Below, piece by piece: positions 20,055 through 30,506 of a DNA stretch of 64,000 nucleotides. Position 1 is the stretch's first letter, and every line of letters begins with the position of its first letter. The notes under the pieces are model-generated. The model was not told where the DNA came from and did not search any database. It saw nothing but the letters and a program-made list of their open reading frames with translations. The position numbers and the translations under genes are program-made. The DNA comes from Planctomycetota bacterium (GTDB taxonomy: Bacteria; Planctomycetota; UBA8108; SXIK01): assembly GCA_965223845.1 (NCBI GenBank), contig CBDCXR010000004.1:4384001-4448000 (forward strand), given 5' to 3'.

Positions 20055-22529
20055 ATGCGTTACGTGTCTCACCATCGGCGGGCGTCTCTCGCCGCCGGAA
20101 CGATCCTCTTCATCTCGCTCGGTGCCTGTTCGCGGACGGACTACCGCACCGACGCAGATCGCGAGGCGTACGAAGTCATCGCCGAACGGAACGATGACCC
20201 GCGCTGGGCCATCCGCGATTACAGCATCGAGATCGACCCGCGGAGTCGTTTCTTCGATCCGTACGACCTCGACCATCCGCCGATGCCCCCCGACGATCCG
20301 GCGTCGGGGCGGTACATGCAAATCGCGCACGGAATCGACGGTTGGCCGCACTGGGAGAAGAACGGGATCCGCGACGCGATCGAGAACCCGAGCTGGCGAG
20401 ACTCGATCGCCGATTACGCTGAGGTCGGCGAAGACGGCGCGATCACACTCGACGTCGAGACGGCGCTCAAGCTCGCCTACCTCCACTCGCCGTTCCATCA
20501 ACGTCAACTCGAGACGCTCTACGTCTCCGCGCTCGACGTCACGCGCGAGCGTTACCGTCTCGATACTCAGTTCTTCGGCGGTTACGACGCCGAGTACACG
20601 AACACGAAAGACGACGACATTCTCGCTACCGGAGAGAAGGGCCCGACGGTCGAAGCGGCAAAGCTGTTCGCGGCGGGCGGAGAGCTGCTCGTCGGAATCG
20701 CGAACTCGTTCGTGTTCGATCTCAGCGGTGGCGCGGCGGATTTCTCCGCGACGATCGCGAATTTCACGTTCATTCAGCCCCTTCTCCGCGGCGCGGGCAA
20801 GGATATCGCGCTCGAGCAACTGACCCGGACCGAACGACAACTCCTCGGAAACCTGCGCTCGTATAGTCAGTTCCGCCAGGGGTTTTACACGCAGGTCGTC
20901 ATCGGCGAGCTAGGCGTCGCCGGCCCGCAGCGATTCGGGCCCGGCGTCGGCGTCGAATTCTCTCGGGGCGACGAGGGGGTCGGCGGCTACTTGGGCCTCG
21001 TTCAGCAACTCCAGCGTGTTCGCAACACCGAAGACAATCTCGACCTTCAACTGCGCACGCTCGAGCAGCTCGAAGCGAATCTCGAAGCCGGACTGATCGA
21101 CCTCGTTCAAGTCGATCAGTTCAGGCAGAACATCGAGCGCGAGCGAGTGAGTCTCCTCGCCGATCGCAATCGACTTGAACAGTCGCTCGATGGGTACAAG
21201 ACGGGGACGCTCGGACTGCCGCCCGATCTGCCGATCCACCTCGACGACGAACCGGTGCGGTCGTTTCAGTTTGTCGCCCGCGAGGCGTCGGCGATTCAGG
21301 ACTCGATCGCAAAACTGCAGGCTCGAATCGGCGGATTGCCCGGCGATCCGGCGCTCGAAGCCATCACCCCGATACTCGATGACTTGACGGCACTCCTCGA
21401 TCCAGCACGGGCCCACGTCGATCGAGTCCGCGCGGACATGGACGCGATGGATGAAGCCGTTCCCTCGCGCGAGCACGCGATGGACGAGGAAGCGCGTGAA
21501 GCCTTCGAGATCGAGCGAACCGAGCTCCGTGAACGACTCGAAGGCGTCGTGGCAAAGCTCGAAGAAACCGCGAGCGCGATCACAAACTTCGCGCCGCAGC
21601 TCTCAGTCGGCACGAGGGAACTCACGATTCGCAGCGTTGTCGTTCGACTCGGCGAGCTTCTTCGCGTGGTTCAGGCGTCGGTTCTCGTCCAGGCCCGCGC
21701 GCGCCTCGAAGCGATTTCGGTCGATCCCGTCGAGCTCGAGTCGCAGGAAGCGTTTGAGATCGCGCTCGAACACCGTCTCGACTTCATGAACGCGCGCTCG
21801 GCGCTCGTCGACAGTTGGCGCGGAATTCAGCTGAGCGCCGACGCGCTGCAGTCTCGCCTCAATATGATCGCGAGCGGCGAGCTCAGGACCTCGGACGACA
21901 GCGCCGTCGATTTTCGCTCCCCGGACCATACCGTACGCCTCGGCGTCGAGTTCGACACTCCGTTCCGCCGTTTGCTCGAGCGAAACGCGTACCGCGAATC
22001 ACTGATCAGCTACCAACAGAGCCGCCGCGCGTTCATCCAATCGCGCGACGCGCTGCATCTCCGTCTCCGGGCGCTGCTCCGCGACATCGAGGAACTGCGC
22101 TCCAGTCTCGAGATTCAGCGCCGCGCCGTTGCGATAGCGATTCGCCGCGTCGATCTGACGCGCGCCGAGCTCTACGCGCCAGTGCGACCGCCACAGCCGG
22201 GACAACGACCGGCGCAGTTCGGGCCTACTGCGGCGATCAATCTGCTGTCCGCGCTCTCGTCGCTCCGCGACACGCAGAACAACTTTCTCTCCGTCTGGTT
22301 GAGCTACTATGCAGCTCGCGTCCGCCTCTACCGCGAGCTCGGAATCATGCAGCTCGACGGCGAAGGCCGTTGGATCGAGACGGAGATCCCGCCCGCCCGA
22401 CCCACCGGCGGGGCCGGCGCCCGAGTGAGATTAGCCGCCGAGTTGCCCCCACCGATTCCCTCCGCGTGGCTGGACGAGACGGACGGACGCTCGACGAACA
22501 CCGGACCGACGCGGCGAGCGAGAGAATGA
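20055..22529 (+). CDS. TolC-family outer membrane efflux lipoprotein (planctomycete type)
   Basis: Lipobox LGAC, motifs ETLYVSALDV..ERY, FIQPLLRGAG, RLDFMNAR and LYRELG, and coiled coils. First gene of the efflux operon. Confidence 0.8.
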   Translation: MRYVSHHRRASLAAGTILFISLGACSRTDYRTDADREAYEVIAERNDDPRWAIRDYSIEIDPRSRFFDPYDLDHPPMPPDDPASGRYMQIAHGIDGWPHWEKNGIRDAIENPSWRDSIADYAEVGEDGAITLDVETALKLAYLHSPFHQRQLETLYVSALDVTRERYRLDTQFFGGYDAEYTNTKDDDILATGEKGPTVEAAKLFAAGGELLVGIANSFVFDLSGGAADFSATIANFTFIQPLLRGAGKDIALEQLTRTERQLLGNLRSYSQFRQGFYTQVVIGELGVAGPQRFGPGVGVEFSRGDEGVGGYLGLVQQLQRVRNTEDNLDLQLRTLEQLEANLEAGLIDLVQVDQFRQNIERERVSLLADRNRLEQSLDGYKTGTLGLPPDLPIHLDDEPVRSFQFVAREASAIQDSIAKLQARIGGLPGDPALEAITPILDDLTALLDPARAHVDRVRADMDAMDEAVPSREHAMDEEAREAFEIERTELRERLEGVVAKLEETASAITNFAPQLSVGTRELTIRSVVVRLGELLRVVQASVLVQARARLEAISVDPVELESQEAFEIALEHRLDFMNARSALVDSWRGIQLSADALQSRLNMIASGELRTSDDSAVDFRSPDHTVRLGVEFDTPFRRLLERNAYRESLISYQQSRRAFIQSRDALHLRLRALLRDIEELRSSLEIQRRAVAIAIRRVDLTRAELYAPVRPPQPGQRPAQFGPTAAINLLSALSSLRDTQNNFLSVWLSYYAARVRLYRELGIMQLDGEGRWIETEIPPARPTGGAGARVRLAAELPPPIPSAWLDETDGRSTNTGPTRRARE

Positions 22530-24058
22530 GCAATCCCGAGAGTTCGAAAGCGTCTCGCAATTCCGCGGATTTCAAGACTCCGTCGCGAATCCACGCGGAC
22601 GGAAACAACCGCGGGAGCGGAAACGCGACGCCCGGAAGCCGCTGGGTGGTTAGAGCCGCCATCGCAGTAGTGCTCGTTAGCGTGGCCGCGGGAGCCGTCG
22701 TACTCGTCGAGCGTGCGTTCAGGTCCGACGAGACCGCCGCGGCGATGACCCACACGATCGCACGCGGAAATCTCATCGTCTCCGTCACGGAACGCGGCAC
22801 GCTCGAGAGCTCGAACAACACCGAGATCAAGTGCAAAGTCCGTGGGTTCAGCACCGTGACATGGGTCGTCGACAGCGGCTCGATCGTCGCCCCTGGCGAC
22901 GAACTCGTCCGCCTCGACACGCGTGTCATCGAAGAGACGGTCAGCTTAACGAAGACGAACGTCGATCTCGCGCGGGCGAAGCTCGAGCGTTCAAAGGCGA
23001 ACTACGCGCGAGCGAAGATCGCGATCGACGCCTACCTGAAGGGGCAGTTTCGCTCGGAGTTGAAAACGCTCGAAAAGGACCGGGTGATCGCCGAGTCGAA
23101 CCTGCTCACTGCGGGCAAAATGCTCCGGCAATCCCAGTCCCTCTTTCGGCGCGGCTACGTCACCGATCTCGAGGTCAAAGGGCACACGTTCACGGTCAAG
23201 CAGGCGGAACTCGAGCTCAAGGTCAAGGAGACGCAGATCGACGTCCTCGAGCGGTTCACGAAAAAGATGCAACTCGAAGGACTCGAGGGAACTCTGCGTG
23301 CCGCCAAGTCGAAAATGGCCGCGGACACCGCCGAATTGGCGATGACGACCAAGCAGCGAAGCCGAGCGCTCGAAGAGCTCGATGCCTGTGTCGTGAAAGC
23401 TGAGCGCGGTGGGCTCGTCATCTATCCGTCGGCCGCGGAATGGAAAGATACGCCGGACGTCACCGAGGGCGCGACGGTTCGGAAGGACCAAGTGCTACTC
23501 CTCATGCCGGACCTCTCGAAGATGCAGGTCAAGATCGGAGTTCACGAGTCCATCGTCGACCGCGTCAAAGAAGGACTGCCGGTTCGGATCACGCTGCCAG
23601 ACCGGACTCTCGACGCGAAAGTAACGACGGTGTCCACGGTCGCGAGTGCAGCGGGATGGTGGACGGGTAATGTCGTCAAGTACGACGTCATCATCGAGCT
23701 CCCTGCAGTCGCCGGCTTGAAGCCGGGAATGAGCGCCGAAGTGGAAGTCGTGATCGCGCGCTACGACGACGTGATCGCGGTTCCGGTCGCCGCCGTCGTC
23801 GCAACGGAAGACGGCGACTTCGTCTGGGTGAAGACGACAACCGGGCCGGAGCGGCGCCGACTGCAGCTCGGGGATACGAACGACCGGTTCATCGTCGTCG
23901 AGGGAGGACTCGCGCTCGGGGACGATGTGTTCCTCAATCCGCTCGCCTTCATCGCCGAAGCGCAGCACGACGCGTTGAGATCGAAGCGCGAGCGTTCCCG
24001 CGGTACCGAGAACAAACTCGGCGCCGCGAATGTATCGGAGCCCCCGCCCGGTGACTGA
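22526..24058 (+). CDS. Efflux periplasmic adaptor (membrane fusion protein) 1
   Basis: N-terminal TM segment, ERGTLESSNNTEIKC, GDELVRLD, MPDLSKMQV and LKPGMSAEVE. ATGA overlap with the upstream stop. Confidence 0.88.
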   Translation: MSNPESSKASRNSADFKTPSRIHADGNNRGSGNATPGSRWVVRAAIAVVLVSVAAGAVVLVERAFRSDETAAAMTHTIARGNLIVSVTERGTLESSNNTEIKCKVRGFSTVTWVVDSGSIVAPGDELVRLDTRVIEETVSLTKTNVDLARAKLERSKANYARAKIAIDAYLKGQFRSELKTLEKDRVIAESNLLTAGKMLRQSQSLFRRGYVTDLEVKGHTFTVKQAELELKVKETQIDVLERFTKKMQLEGLEGTLRAAKSKMAADTAELAMTTKQRSRALEELDACVVKAERGGLVIYPSAAEWKDTPDVTEGATVRKDQVLLLMPDLSKMQVKIGVHESIVDRVKEGLPVRITLPDRTLDAKVTTVSTVASAAGWWTGNVVKYDVIIELPAVAGLKPGMSAEVEVVIARYDDVIAVPVAAVVATEDGDFVWVKTTTGPERRRLQLGDTNDRFIVVEGGLALGDDVFLNPLAFIAEAQHDALRSKRERSRGTENKLGAANVSEPPPGD

Positions 24059-25568
24059 GGTGACGAACGAGCGAGCAGACGCCCGAAAGCCGTCCCGCGA
24101 GGAGCGATCGACGGGTCGCCGTTGGTGGATTGTCGCCGTTCTCGCTCTCGGCGGCGTCGCTGGGGTCATCGTCGCGCTTTCGGGCCGCTCGGACGCGCCG
24201 CCGACCATCGATCCCCGCACGGCTCTCACTCACCCGATCACTCGCGGCGACCTTCTCGTCACGATCACGGAACAGGGCACTCTCGAGAGCTCCGACAATA
24301 CGGAGATCAAGTGCAAGGTGCGCGGACAGAACACGGTCACCTGGGTGATCGAAAGCGGATCGATCGTCGAGCCGGGCGACGAGCTCGTTCGACTCGATAC
24401 GCTCTTTATCGAAGAGCAGATCAACGAACGTTCGAAATACGCGCACTGGTCGAGATCGGGCGCCGAGCACTGGAAAGCGAATGTCGCCCGCGCCGAGCTC
24501 GCGATTCCGGAGTACCTCGAAGGTCGCTACGTCACACAGATGATGACGCTCGAAAAAGACCTGGCGATCGCGAAGTCCAATCTGACGACCGCGCGCAACA
24601 TGCTCGATCACGCCCGGATGATGCACGAGCGCGGCTACCGGAGCGCGATCGATGTCGAGGAGAGAGAGTTCGCCGTCAAGCAAGCGGAGCTCGACGTTTC
24701 GGTTAAGGAGACCGAGATTTCCGTCCTTCGGGACTACACGAAAGCTATGGAGCTCGAAACGCTGCGCGGCAACTTGAACTCCGCGCGGGCAGAGTTCTCC
24801 GCGAGCGACGAGCGAGCCGAAGCGGACGCCGCACGCCGGGACCGCGCGCTCGAGGAACTCAAGCACTGCGTCGTCCGGGCGAAGCGGGGAGGGATGGTGA
24901 TCTATCCCTCCGCTGCCGCCTGGGAGCGGACGCCCGACATCGAGGAAGGAGCGACCGTGCACAAAGATCAGGTGCTCCTTCTCATGCCCGATCTGTCGAA
25001 GATGCAGGTTCGACTCGGCGTCCACGAGTCGATCGTCGATCGCGTGAGACCGGGTTTGCGCGCGAGGGTGGCTCTCCCGGATCGAATTCTCGATGCGGAG
25101 GTCTCCACCGTGTCGTCGATCGCACGCCCGGCGGGTTGGTGGACCGGAAACGCGGTCAAGTACGACACGATCGTGCAGCTCCCTTCGATCGACGGACTGA
25201 AGCCGGGAATGAGCGCCGAAGTCGAGATCGTCCTCGCGACTTACGACGACGTGCTCACGATTCCGGTCGCCGCGGTGCTCGAAACTGCGGACGGCGAATT
25301 CTGTTGGGTTCGGTCCGACGAGATCACGGAGAAACGGCCGCTCCGGCTCGGCGACACCAACGACATGTTCGTCGTCGTCGAGGGCGGCCTCGCGGAAGGC
25401 GAAGAAGTCGTGCTCAACCCGCTCGCATTCGTTCCGGAAGCGCAGGCGGCCGCGCTCGAGCCGCTTGGGGATGAGTCTCCCGACGACTCGTCCGAGCTCG
25501 CGCCCACCGATGCGAAGTCCGGCCGTGCTGCTTCCGCCCGCTCGGACCGACCGGACCGCGCGCCGTGA
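24051..25568 (+). CDS. Efflux periplasmic adaptor (membrane fusion protein) 2, paralog of the upstream gene
   Basis: Carries the same motifs as MFP1 (EQGTLESSDNTEIKC, GDELVRLDT, KDQVLLLMPDLSKMQV, GWWTGN, LKPGMSAEVE). Start approximate. Confidence 0.88.
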   Translation: MTEVTNERADARKPSREERSTGRRWWIVAVLALGGVAGVIVALSGRSDAPPTIDPRTALTHPITRGDLLVTITEQGTLESSDNTEIKCKVRGQNTVTWVIESGSIVEPGDELVRLDTLFIEEQINERSKYAHWSRSGAEHWKANVARAELAIPEYLEGRYVTQMMTLEKDLAIAKSNLTTARNMLDHARMMHERGYRSAIDVEEREFAVKQAELDVSVKETEISVLRDYTKAMELETLRGNLNSARAEFSASDERAEADAARRDRALEELKHCVVRAKRGGMVIYPSAAAWERTPDIEEGATVHKDQVLLLMPDLSKMQVRLGVHESIVDRVRPGLRARVALPDRILDAEVSTVSSIARPAGWWTGNAVKYDTIVQLPSIDGLKPGMSAEVEIVLATYDDVLTIPVAAVLETADGEFCWVRSDEITEKRPLRLGDTNDMFVVVEGGLAEGEEVVLNPLAFVPEAQAAALEPLGDESPDDSSELAPTDAKSGRAASARSDRPDRAP

Positions 25569-26884
25569 GAATCGCGTTTCTGAAGATCGTCCGCACGGGA
25601 CTGAAGAGCCTGATGCTTCAGAAGCTGCGCGCCGGTCTCGCGGCGCTCGGCATCTTCGTGGGAACGACGACGGTGATCTGGCTCGTCGCGATGGGCGAAG
25701 GTGTGAGCTACCAGGCCGAGCAACAGATCCTCGAGCTCGGAGCCACGAGCGTGATCGTGCGCACCAAGGAGCCGACGGAGCCGGGAGACGCACAGAACGC
25801 GACGACGAGGATCAAGAGATACGGACTCTTGCGTGCCGATTACGATCGCCTCGTTTCGAATATTCCGAGCATCGAACGCGCCGTGCCGATGCGCGAGGTG
25901 AGATTCGAGCTCCGCTTCAGCAATCGAACCGTCGACGCCAAGCTCGTCGGATGCCTCGAGGAGTACCTTCAACTCAATCGCCTCGAGATCGCACGCGGCC
26001 GGTGGCTCACTCCACGCGACCGAGGCGAAAAGGTCGTCGTGCTGGGACACGACACGGCGAAGCGTCTCTTTCCGTACGAGAACCCGGTCGGACGTGCCAT
26101 CTGGGTCGGAAGCGAGTTTTATGTCGTCGTCGGTCAGACGAAGGCGCGCATGGCGTCTGCGGCGATCGGCGGAAGCCTCGACTCGCGCGACTACAATCTC
26201 GACGCCTACATTCCCCTCAAGACACTCGAGCGCTGGATTGGCGACCGAGTCATCCGCCGCGTTCCGGGCGGCGGTGTGCAGGGCGAGATCGTAGAGCTGA
26301 GTCAGATCACCGTGAGCGTCGATCAGTTCGATCGAGTCGACGAAACCGCCGCGATCATCGAGAATCTGCTCGAGCGCTACCACGACCAGGAAGACTGGGC
26401 GGTGGTCGTTCCGAAGGAACTCCTCAGCCAGGCGAAGCGAACGCGGGCGATGTTCAACGTACTCCTCGTCGTCATCGCATCCATATCGCTCCTCGTCGGT
26501 GGAATCGGAATCATGAACATCATGCTCGCTACGGTCACCGAACGGACGCGAGAGATTGGCGTTCGCCGCGCACTCGGCGCGCGAAAGCGCGACATCGTCG
26601 AGCAGTTCCTCACGGAAACGCTCGTGCTCACGGCGAGCGGCGGAGTCCTGGGCGTTCTCTTCGGTCTCCTCTGCGGACCGCTGTTCCGCGCGCTCCGCGC
26701 GGGAGTCACGGCGATCTGGGGTGATCTCCTGCCGCCGATCGTGTACACCCTCGAGCCGCGCATCGCACCGTGGTCGGTCGTCCTCTCCGTGTTGATCTCA
26801 CTCGGCGTCGGCCTAATCTTCGGCGTGTACCCGGCGCGGAAAGCCGCGGATCTGAATCCGATCGAGGCGCTTCGTCACGAGTGA
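25565..26884 (+). CDS. MacB/FtsX-family ABC transporter permease (no ATPase domain)
   Basis: RAGLAALGIFVG, large periplasmic domain, ISLLVGGIGIMNIMLATVTERTREIGVRRALGA and GVYPARKAADLNPIEALRHE. GTGA overlap with the upstream gene. Confidence 0.92.
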   Translation: MRIAFLKIVRTGLKSLMLQKLRAGLAALGIFVGTTTVIWLVAMGEGVSYQAEQQILELGATSVIVRTKEPTEPGDAQNATTRIKRYGLLRADYDRLVSNIPSIERAVPMREVRFELRFSNRTVDAKLVGCLEEYLQLNRLEIARGRWLTPRDRGEKVVVLGHDTAKRLFPYENPVGRAIWVGSEFYVVVGQTKARMASAAIGGSLDSRDYNLDAYIPLKTLERWIGDRVIRRVPGGGVQGEIVELSQITVSVDQFDRVDETAAIIENLLERYHDQEDWAVVVPKELLSQAKRTRAMFNVLLVVIASISLLVGGIGIMNIMLATVTERTREIGVRRALGARKRDIVEQFLTETLVLTASGGVLGVLFGLLCGPLFRALRAGVTAIWGDLLPPIVYTLEPRIAPWSVVLSVLISLGVGLIFGVYPARKAADLNPIEALRHE

Positions 26885-27005
26885 TCCATTTCTCATTTCG
26901 GCGATCAACGCCCGCGACTCAATGCGAATGCAGATCGTGTCACTTTCCGTGGACTCGACTGCGCGGGCATGGCAGGCTGGAATGAACCTGGATTGAGAAT
27001 CGGCG

Positions 27006-28007
27006 ATGACCAAACGGAAGGACCGCTCTCGCTCGAGAATCCGTCGCCTACCGAGTGGCGACGTTCTTCTCGCGACATGCGCTAGTGCGGCCTGGTGCCT
27101 TTCGCTTTCGGGTCTCGCGCTCGCACAAGAGGACCCCTGTCCCGACGCGAGAGCCCTCGCTTATTTTTCTCTCGACGCAGCCCCCTCCGCTTCAAGCTTG
27201 CGCGAAGGGATCCCGCCCCTAGCCGGGGACGATGTGCCGACGCGAGTCATCTCGACGTCGGAATCGATCGATCTATACGGAAAGCTCTCGCTCGATCTGT
27301 CGGGAGTCGTCGGGTGGAACACGTCCTTCGACGTTCGCGGCGCCGAAATCCTCGGCCTAACCCACGACGGCACGCTCGCCGCTGAGGCCTCCGCGGATCC
27401 GCCAGGACTTCGGCACGAAGGCTTCGCCCAGATCCGGGAGTTCGGCGAGCGGGACGGCTTCGAGCAAGGGATCACTAGCGTCGTCGTTCTGTCGTTTTCG
27501 CACCCCGTCACCCTCCCGCCGGAAGGTACGTTTTCCGTTCTCCACATGACGCTCTTCGGAAAGCTAGGCTCTTCCGCGCGGATTCTGTTCATCGAGGACG
27601 TGTTCGAGAGACGATTCCGTGCCCCTGACGGTCGCGCTGGCGCCGCCCCTTGGGGCGGCACAACGGTATCACGCGCAGACGGATCGATCGTTTCGGTTTG
27701 TCCCCTCTCCCTCGCGGTCGAGTTTGAGAATCGCCCCGTGTTCCTTCGTTGTGATCCGAATCTAGACGGCCGACTTCATGTCGCCGACGCCGTGTTCGTC
27801 TTGAACGACCTGTTCGGACAGCTCGACGCGCCGTGCGACGCCGCAACAGATTGCAATGGAGACGGGAGGCGCGACATCTCGGATGCGGTCTTCGCTCTCG
27901 TCCACTTGTTCGCCGAGGGACCTCCACCGCCGACCCCCTATCCCGAATGCGCCGCCAGTCGCTCTCCCTTCGCTTGCCCTAGGCGGTCTACGGCGTGCCC
28001 GGAGTAG
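27006..28007 (+). CDS. Secreted protein with beta-sandwich domain and C-terminal dockerin-like domain
   Basis: Signal peptide ending ALAQ. Tail FLRCDPNLDGRLHVADAVFVLNDLF...C...DCNGDGRRDISDAVFALVHLF...PYPEC. Confidence 0.75.
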   Translation: MTKRKDRSRSRIRRLPSGDVLLATCASAAWCLSLSGLALAQEDPCPDARALAYFSLDAAPSASSLREGIPPLAGDDVPTRVISTSESIDLYGKLSLDLSGVVGWNTSFDVRGAEILGLTHDGTLAAEASADPPGLRHEGFAQIREFGERDGFEQGITSVVVLSFSHPVTLPPEGTFSVLHMTLFGKLGSSARILFIEDVFERRFRAPDGRAGAAPWGGTTVSRADGSIVSVCPLSLAVEFENRPVFLRCDPNLDGRLHVADAVFVLNDLFGQLDAPCDAATDCNGDGRRDISDAVFALVHLFAEGPPPPTPYPECAASRSPFACPRRSTACPE

Positions 28008-28111
28008 CGCCGGTCTCGGCCGCAGTTTTCGAACTCCGAGCTCCTCTAGATTGAGCGGCCTCTGCGGCGGAAGAGCGTTCTCGAGAGCATGTTCGCCGGG
28101 CGCAACTCGAT

Positions 28112-28930
28112 CTAAACCTCGGCGACGATCATGTTCGAAACCATACGCCCGATCGTGGTTCCGTCTTCGCTCAGCTCTCTCGTTGCAGTGACGAGCGCCG
28201 ACCGAAAGCGCGCCTGCTGATCGTCTGAAAGCGCGTGGATCTGGGGGCCGATCGGTGTTGCGCAGGCCACTTCGATCGTATGCTCCGGTCCGCCGGGAAC
28301 GACGAGATCCTGAGTCTGCGACCGAGCCTCGACGCGTGCGAATCCAGCCGACTCGAAATGAGAACGGAGCTCAGGCGCGGGCATGTGGTCGAAAGGAATG
28401 CGCATCGCCTCAGCGATCTCTGGTTCGTCGATCGATTCGAGCGCCCGACAAATCGCGCCAAAGAATTCGCATTCCTCCACCGGCCTCCATGTCGTCACGA
28501 TCGCCTCCCCCCCCTCACTCAGGACTCGCCGGATCTCCCGCGCCGCCGCCCCGCGATCGGGAAAGAACTGAAAGCCCTGCTGGCACACGACGGCATCGAC
28601 CGCATCGTCCGGAAGATCGAGCGGATGCGCCGGAGACTCGACGAAGTGCACCGGGGCGGTCGCGGTAGCACAGCGCTGCTTCGCGATCGACAGCATTTCG
28701 GCGTTGATGTCCGCTGCGATCACCCTCCCCTCCGCGCCAACTCGATCGGCGAGAAGGCGGGCGACCACACCCGTTCCGGTCGCGAGATCGAGAACGACTC
28801 GACCGTTCCACTCCCCGTGTTCTTCGATCAGTCGCTCGGCCCACGGGCGAAAGAGGACCGGCACGAGAACGTCGTCGTAGGCGGAAGCCACCGTTGCACG
28901 GCCAAAATCGAACTCTGGTGAATCGATCAT
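28112..28930 (-). CDS. Class I SAM-dependent methyltransferase (UbiE-like)
   Basis: VLDLATGTG motif I, ADINAEML and DAVVCQQGFQFFPDR. Confidence 0.88.
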   Translation of the reverse strand: MIDSPEFDFGRATVASAYDDVLVPVLFRPWAERLIEEHGEWNGRVVLDLATGTGVVARLLADRVGAEGRVIAADINAEMLSIAKQRCATATAPVHFVESPAHPLDLPDDAVDAVVCQQGFQFFPDRGAAAREIRRVLSEGGEAIVTTWRPVEECEFFGAICRALESIDEPEIAEAMRIPFDHMPAPELRSHFESAGFARVEARSQTQDLVVPGGPEHTIEVACATPIGPQIHALSDDQQARFRSALVTATRELSEDGTTIGRMVSNMIVAEV

Positions 28931-29164
28931 CTCTCCCTCGCTCATCCGTCCGTGCGCCGTCGAGCCGTCCCGTGCCCGAATCCGCATGCTACTCGTCTAA
29001 CTGCGAAATCCGGCGAAACGGGACGGATATTCTCTCAGAATCGATCATTCTCGGATCCGCATCGTCGACGGTTTGGAGAGCTGACTCGAGCTCTATCCTC
29101 CGGCATCATGGATCTCCGCCCTGATCGGGGCCGACCTCTTCATCGAAACAGCGGGAGAAAGCCG

Positions 29165-30493
29165 ATGCGAATCCATAGTCTTACGCTCGCCCTCGCGGTG
29201 ATGCTCACGAACGCACCTCGAGCGCAGGACGGGGACGCGCTCCGCAACGCTATCGCGAGCGATTACGAGAGCCACCTCTCCGCGCTCTTCGATCACTTTC
29301 ACCGCAACCCCGAGCTCTCGCTCGTCGAGCACAAGACCGCGGCCCGCCTCGCCAAGGAGCTGAGAGCGGCAGGATACGAAGTCACCGAGGGCGTCGGCGG
29401 AACGGGGGTCGTCGCTCTCCTGAAGAACGGCGCCGGTCCCCTCGTCATGATGCGCGCGGACATGGACGGACTTCCCGTGGAAGAGAAGTCGGGACTCCCG
29501 AATGCGTCGAAGGCGGCGCAGAAGAGTCCCATCACCGGCAACGTGGTTCCCGTCATGCACGCCTGCGGCCACGACGTTCACATGACGGCGCTCGTCGGAA
29601 CGGCTCGGCGAATGGCCGCACTCCGCGGCGAGTGGTCTGGAACCCTGATGCTCATCGGCCAACCGGCCGAGGAGCGCGTCCTCGGGGCGAAGGCGATGAA
29701 AGAGGACGGCCTCTGGCGGCGATTCGGGACGCCGAACTACGCCCTCGCGTTTCACGTTTCGGCGCGGCGCGAAGCGGGAAAGCTCTTCGTCTCCGAGAGC
29801 GCGGCGTACGCCGGGTCAGACAGCGTCGACATTACGATTCACGGCGTCGGCGCGCACGGCGCGTCACCCCACCGAGGTAAGGATCCAATCGTACTCGGCG
29901 CTCAAATCGTACTCGCCCTCCAGACGCTCGTCGCTCGCGAGCTGCCGCCGCGAGATCCCGGGGTCGTTACCGTCGGATCGTTCCACGCCGGCACGAAGCA
30001 CAATATCATCTCCGATCGAGCCAAGCTTCAGCTCACGGTGCGAAACACGAGCAAAGAGACGCGCACGCTCCTCCTCAACGGAATCCGCCGCATCGCAGAG
30101 AACATGGGCCGCGTCGCCGGCCTCCCCGACGACAAGCTCCCCGAGGTCAAGCTGAAGGAGTCGACTCCTCCGACGGTGAACGACACTGAGCTTGCGCGAC
30201 GCCTGAAGCGCGTGTGGATCGACAAGATGGGACCGGACGCCCTGCTCGATCAGAGCGGGAAAGGAATGGGCGCGGAGGATTTCTCCTACTTCACGACGGA
30301 ACCGCCCGTTCCGAGCGTCTACTTTCAGGTCGGGGGAACGCCGAAGGCGGACATGGAACGCGAGAAGAACGGCGGTCCGCCCGTCGCATCGCACCACTCG
30401 CCGCTCTTCAAGGTCGCGCCGGAGCCGTCGGTGACGCGTGGAGTCGAAGCGACGGTGTGGGCGCTCCTCGAGCTGCTCGGGCGGCACGAGTAA
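29165..30493 (+). CDS. M20D-family amidohydrolase (hippurate hydrolase-like), secreted
   Basis: HRNPELS, RADMDGLPV, MHACGHDVH, GQPAEE, GAHGASPH, MGAEDF and HHSP. Signal peptide from ATG 29165. Confidence 0.92.
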   Translation: MRIHSLTLALAVMLTNAPRAQDGDALRNAIASDYESHLSALFDHFHRNPELSLVEHKTAARLAKELRAAGYEVTEGVGGTGVVALLKNGAGPLVMMRADMDGLPVEEKSGLPNASKAAQKSPITGNVVPVMHACGHDVHMTALVGTARRMAALRGEWSGTLMLIGQPAEERVLGAKAMKEDGLWRRFGTPNYALAFHVSARREAGKLFVSESAAYAGSDSVDITIHGVGAHGASPHRGKDPIVLGAQIVLALQTLVARELPPRDPGVVTVGSFHAGTKHNIISDRAKLQLTVRNTSKETRTLLLNGIRRIAENMGRVAGLPDDKLPEVKLKESTPPTVNDTELARRLKRVWIDKMGPDALLDQSGKGMGAEDFSYFTTEPPVPSVYFQVGGTPKADMEREKNGGPPVASHHSPLFKVAPEPSVTRGVEATVWALLELLGRHE

Positions 30494-30506
30494 CCCGGAT
30501 CGCACG

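Noticed and set aside
22740-25440. Nucleotide-level repeats between ~22.7-23.9 kb and ~24.2-25.4 kb.
   Set aside because: Explained by the tandem paralogous MFP genes, not a mobile or regulatory repeat.
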